This document shows positions 62,859 to 64,000 of a DNA stretch of 64,000 nt, piece by piece. Location: positions 572,000-635,999 of the forward strand of contig NZ_OZ241747.1 of assembly GCF_965201005.1 (NCBI RefSeq). Reading direction: 5' to 3'. A model generated the notes under the pieces. The model was not told where the DNA came from and searched no databases. It worked only from the letters and a program-made list of their open reading frames with translations. The position numbers and the translations under genes were made by a program. The DNA is from Mucilaginibacter sp. Its GTDB lineage: Bacteria; Bacteroidota; Bacteroidia; Sphingobacteriales; Sphingobacteriaceae. The stretch's first letter is position 1. Every line of letters begins with the position of its first letter.

Positions 62859-63566
62859 TTAATATTTTTTGTAAAGATGCCCGTTTCGGTATAAACTCCA
62901 TACCATCCCGTATTGTACTGGCTGGCTAACGTAAGTGAACATATCTGCCGCTTGTGCCTGGCTGATGGAAAACCCGATTTGCCCCTGCTCATAAGCATCA
63001 TTGTTTAAAGGCACCTCGTCCCATTCTTTCATTTTTTTTATATCGGTGATATGTACTTTGGATGGGTTGAAATAAATACTGTCGCCACGGCTGCCCGCTA
63101 CCCTGAAATAAGTATAATAAGTATGTGTGCCATCGGTGTGCGTAATTTGAAATATGTCTCCTTTGCGAGGGTTTGAGATGGCCTCTTTGATCAAAACCTG
63201 GTTGTTTTCCTGCTTTTGCTGACCGGTTTTTATAAAAAGAAAGGCAATGCCAACAATTAAAGCTATCAAAAGCGGGAATACCAGCAGCCCGCGATACAAG
63301 CGGCCGGGTGTTTTAAGGTCTTGCTTTAAAGTGCGGAAACTGCTGTCCATTTCATCCGTCCATTTTACTTTCGGTACGTATTGGTTACAGTGCCCGCAAA
63401 AAGCCACTGCGTATTTAGACGAAGGCGCAACCGGCCCCAGCGTCCACATATATTTTTGCATAATACTTATTTGCAAGTGGCCTCCTGTGTTACAAACTGG
63501 GCAAATAATTTGAGGAACAGCTTCGGTTTTATAATGATGCGTACGTACCTGATAGTAAAGAAACAT
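62859..63566 (-). CDS. hypothetical protein with an N-terminal Cys4 (zinc-ribbon-like) motif and one TM helix
   Basis: CPVC...18 aa... and a later CGHC, followed by the TM segment LLVFPLLIALIVGIAFLFI. Confidence 0.5.
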   Translation of the reverse strand: MFLYYQVRTHHYKTEAVPQIICPVCNTGGHLQISIMQKYMWTLGPVAPSSKYAVAFCGHCNQYVPKVKWTDEMDSSFRTLKQDLKTPGRLYRGLLVFPLLIALIVGIAFLFIKTGQQKQENNQVLIKEAISNPRKGDIFQITHTDGTHTYYTYFRVAGSRGDSIYFNPSKVHITDIKKMKEWDEVPLNNDAYEQGQIGFSISQAQAADMFTYVSQPVQYGMVWSLYRNGHLYKKY

Positions 63567-63674
63567 GTATCGGAATTTTAAAAAACTTCTGCCGATTTAA
63601 CTGTTATGCTTATTTTTTGTTTAGGGTTGAAGTAAGAAATAAGTTATTTTAATATTTACCATAAAACAATTGAT

Positions 63675-64000
63675 ATGTTTATTATTTGGAGAGGTTACGG
63701 TTTTTTAGTCCCCATCATTACTATTGTAGTGGGTGGCTTGGTTAGCGGTGTTACCAGTGTCATCTTTAATCGTGTGCCGCTGTTAGGGATGTGTTTAGGC
63801 ACTTTAGCTTCGGCCGCTGTTATTTGGTTTGTTGGCAACAAGTTAAATAATCCTGCAAAAGCAAGGGTCATGATTGATAAGCAAACCGGCCAGGAGTTCT
63901 TACTCAAGCAAAACCACTCCCTGTTTTTTATCAAAATGCAATACTGGGCATATCCGATTGCTTTGATCGGCATTATTTTGCTTGTTACGATGGTGATATC
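63675..64000 (+). CDS. membrane protein, N-terminal part (runs off the window end)
   Basis: Absent from the ORF track because it has no stop. ATG 63675 opens the frame MFIIWRGYGFLVPIITIVVGGLVSGVTSVIFNRVPLLGMCLGTLASAAVIWFVGNKL..., which stays open to nt 64000. The track's minus ORF 63695..63973 is probably its shadow. Confidence 0.4.
   Translation, partial: MFIIWRGYGFLVPIITIVVGGLVSGVTSVIFNRVPLLGMCLGTLASAAVIWFVGNKLNNPAKARVMIDKQTGQEFLLKQNHSLFFIKMQYWAYPIALIGIILLVTMVI

Noticed and set aside
1-64000. A mobile genetic element, prophage or defence island as the explanation for the accessory-looking glycan locus and the repeats.
   Set aside because: I recognise no integrase, transposase, phage structural gene, tRNA attachment site, restriction-modification gene, toxin-antitoxin gene or other defence gene anywhere in the window. 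Flanking genes are core housekeeping genes.

Overview
This 64-kb chromosomal segment reads like a Bacteroidota genome of Sphingobacteriia/Chitinophagia type. The signs are roughly 40% GC by eye, no Shine-Dalgarno sequences, TAnnTTTG-like boxes, a kdpFABC + porin + split KdpD + sigma-54 response-regulator locus, and a miaB / sigma-54 activator / lptE-like / TPR protein / secG / groES-groEL block. I call about 50 protein-coding genes, mostly housekeeping (clpS, dcd, lipB, kdpFABC, sdaA, groES/EL, secG, miaB, ilvE, purD, secA, asnS). There is one glycan-synthesis island at 36.4-45.5 kb. It holds six family-2 glycosyltransferases (four are tandem paralogues), a Wzt/TagH-like ABC ATPase with no permease partner, and an epimerase. 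There is also a BlaI/BlaR1 pair and several small secreted or membrane proteins. I saw no rRNA, tRNA, CRISPR array, transposase or integrase. All family calls come from motif recognition by eye, not from searches. The main unexplained signal is a hyper-abundant short sequence, ATGCTTCTTTTA, with a sister form AT[GA]CTGTTTTTA. By hand count it occurs about 40 times exactly and about 85-90 times with close variants, which is more than 1 per kb. In intergenic DNA it forms the arms of nested palindromic elements of 45-160 bp placed right at stop or start codons. It also sits inside conserved housekeeping CDSs in fixed reading frames, so unrelated proteins share peptides such as DASFTGIK, QL[IN]LGGKNSI, VK[ET]A and MLLL. 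One acidic protein carries 7-8 in-frame copies. Paired arms co-vary, which argues for selection on a hairpin or on recognition of each arm. The pattern resembles uptake-signal sequences, HIP1-type iterated palindromes, or REP/RPE-type elements. I do not know of this being described for this phylum.
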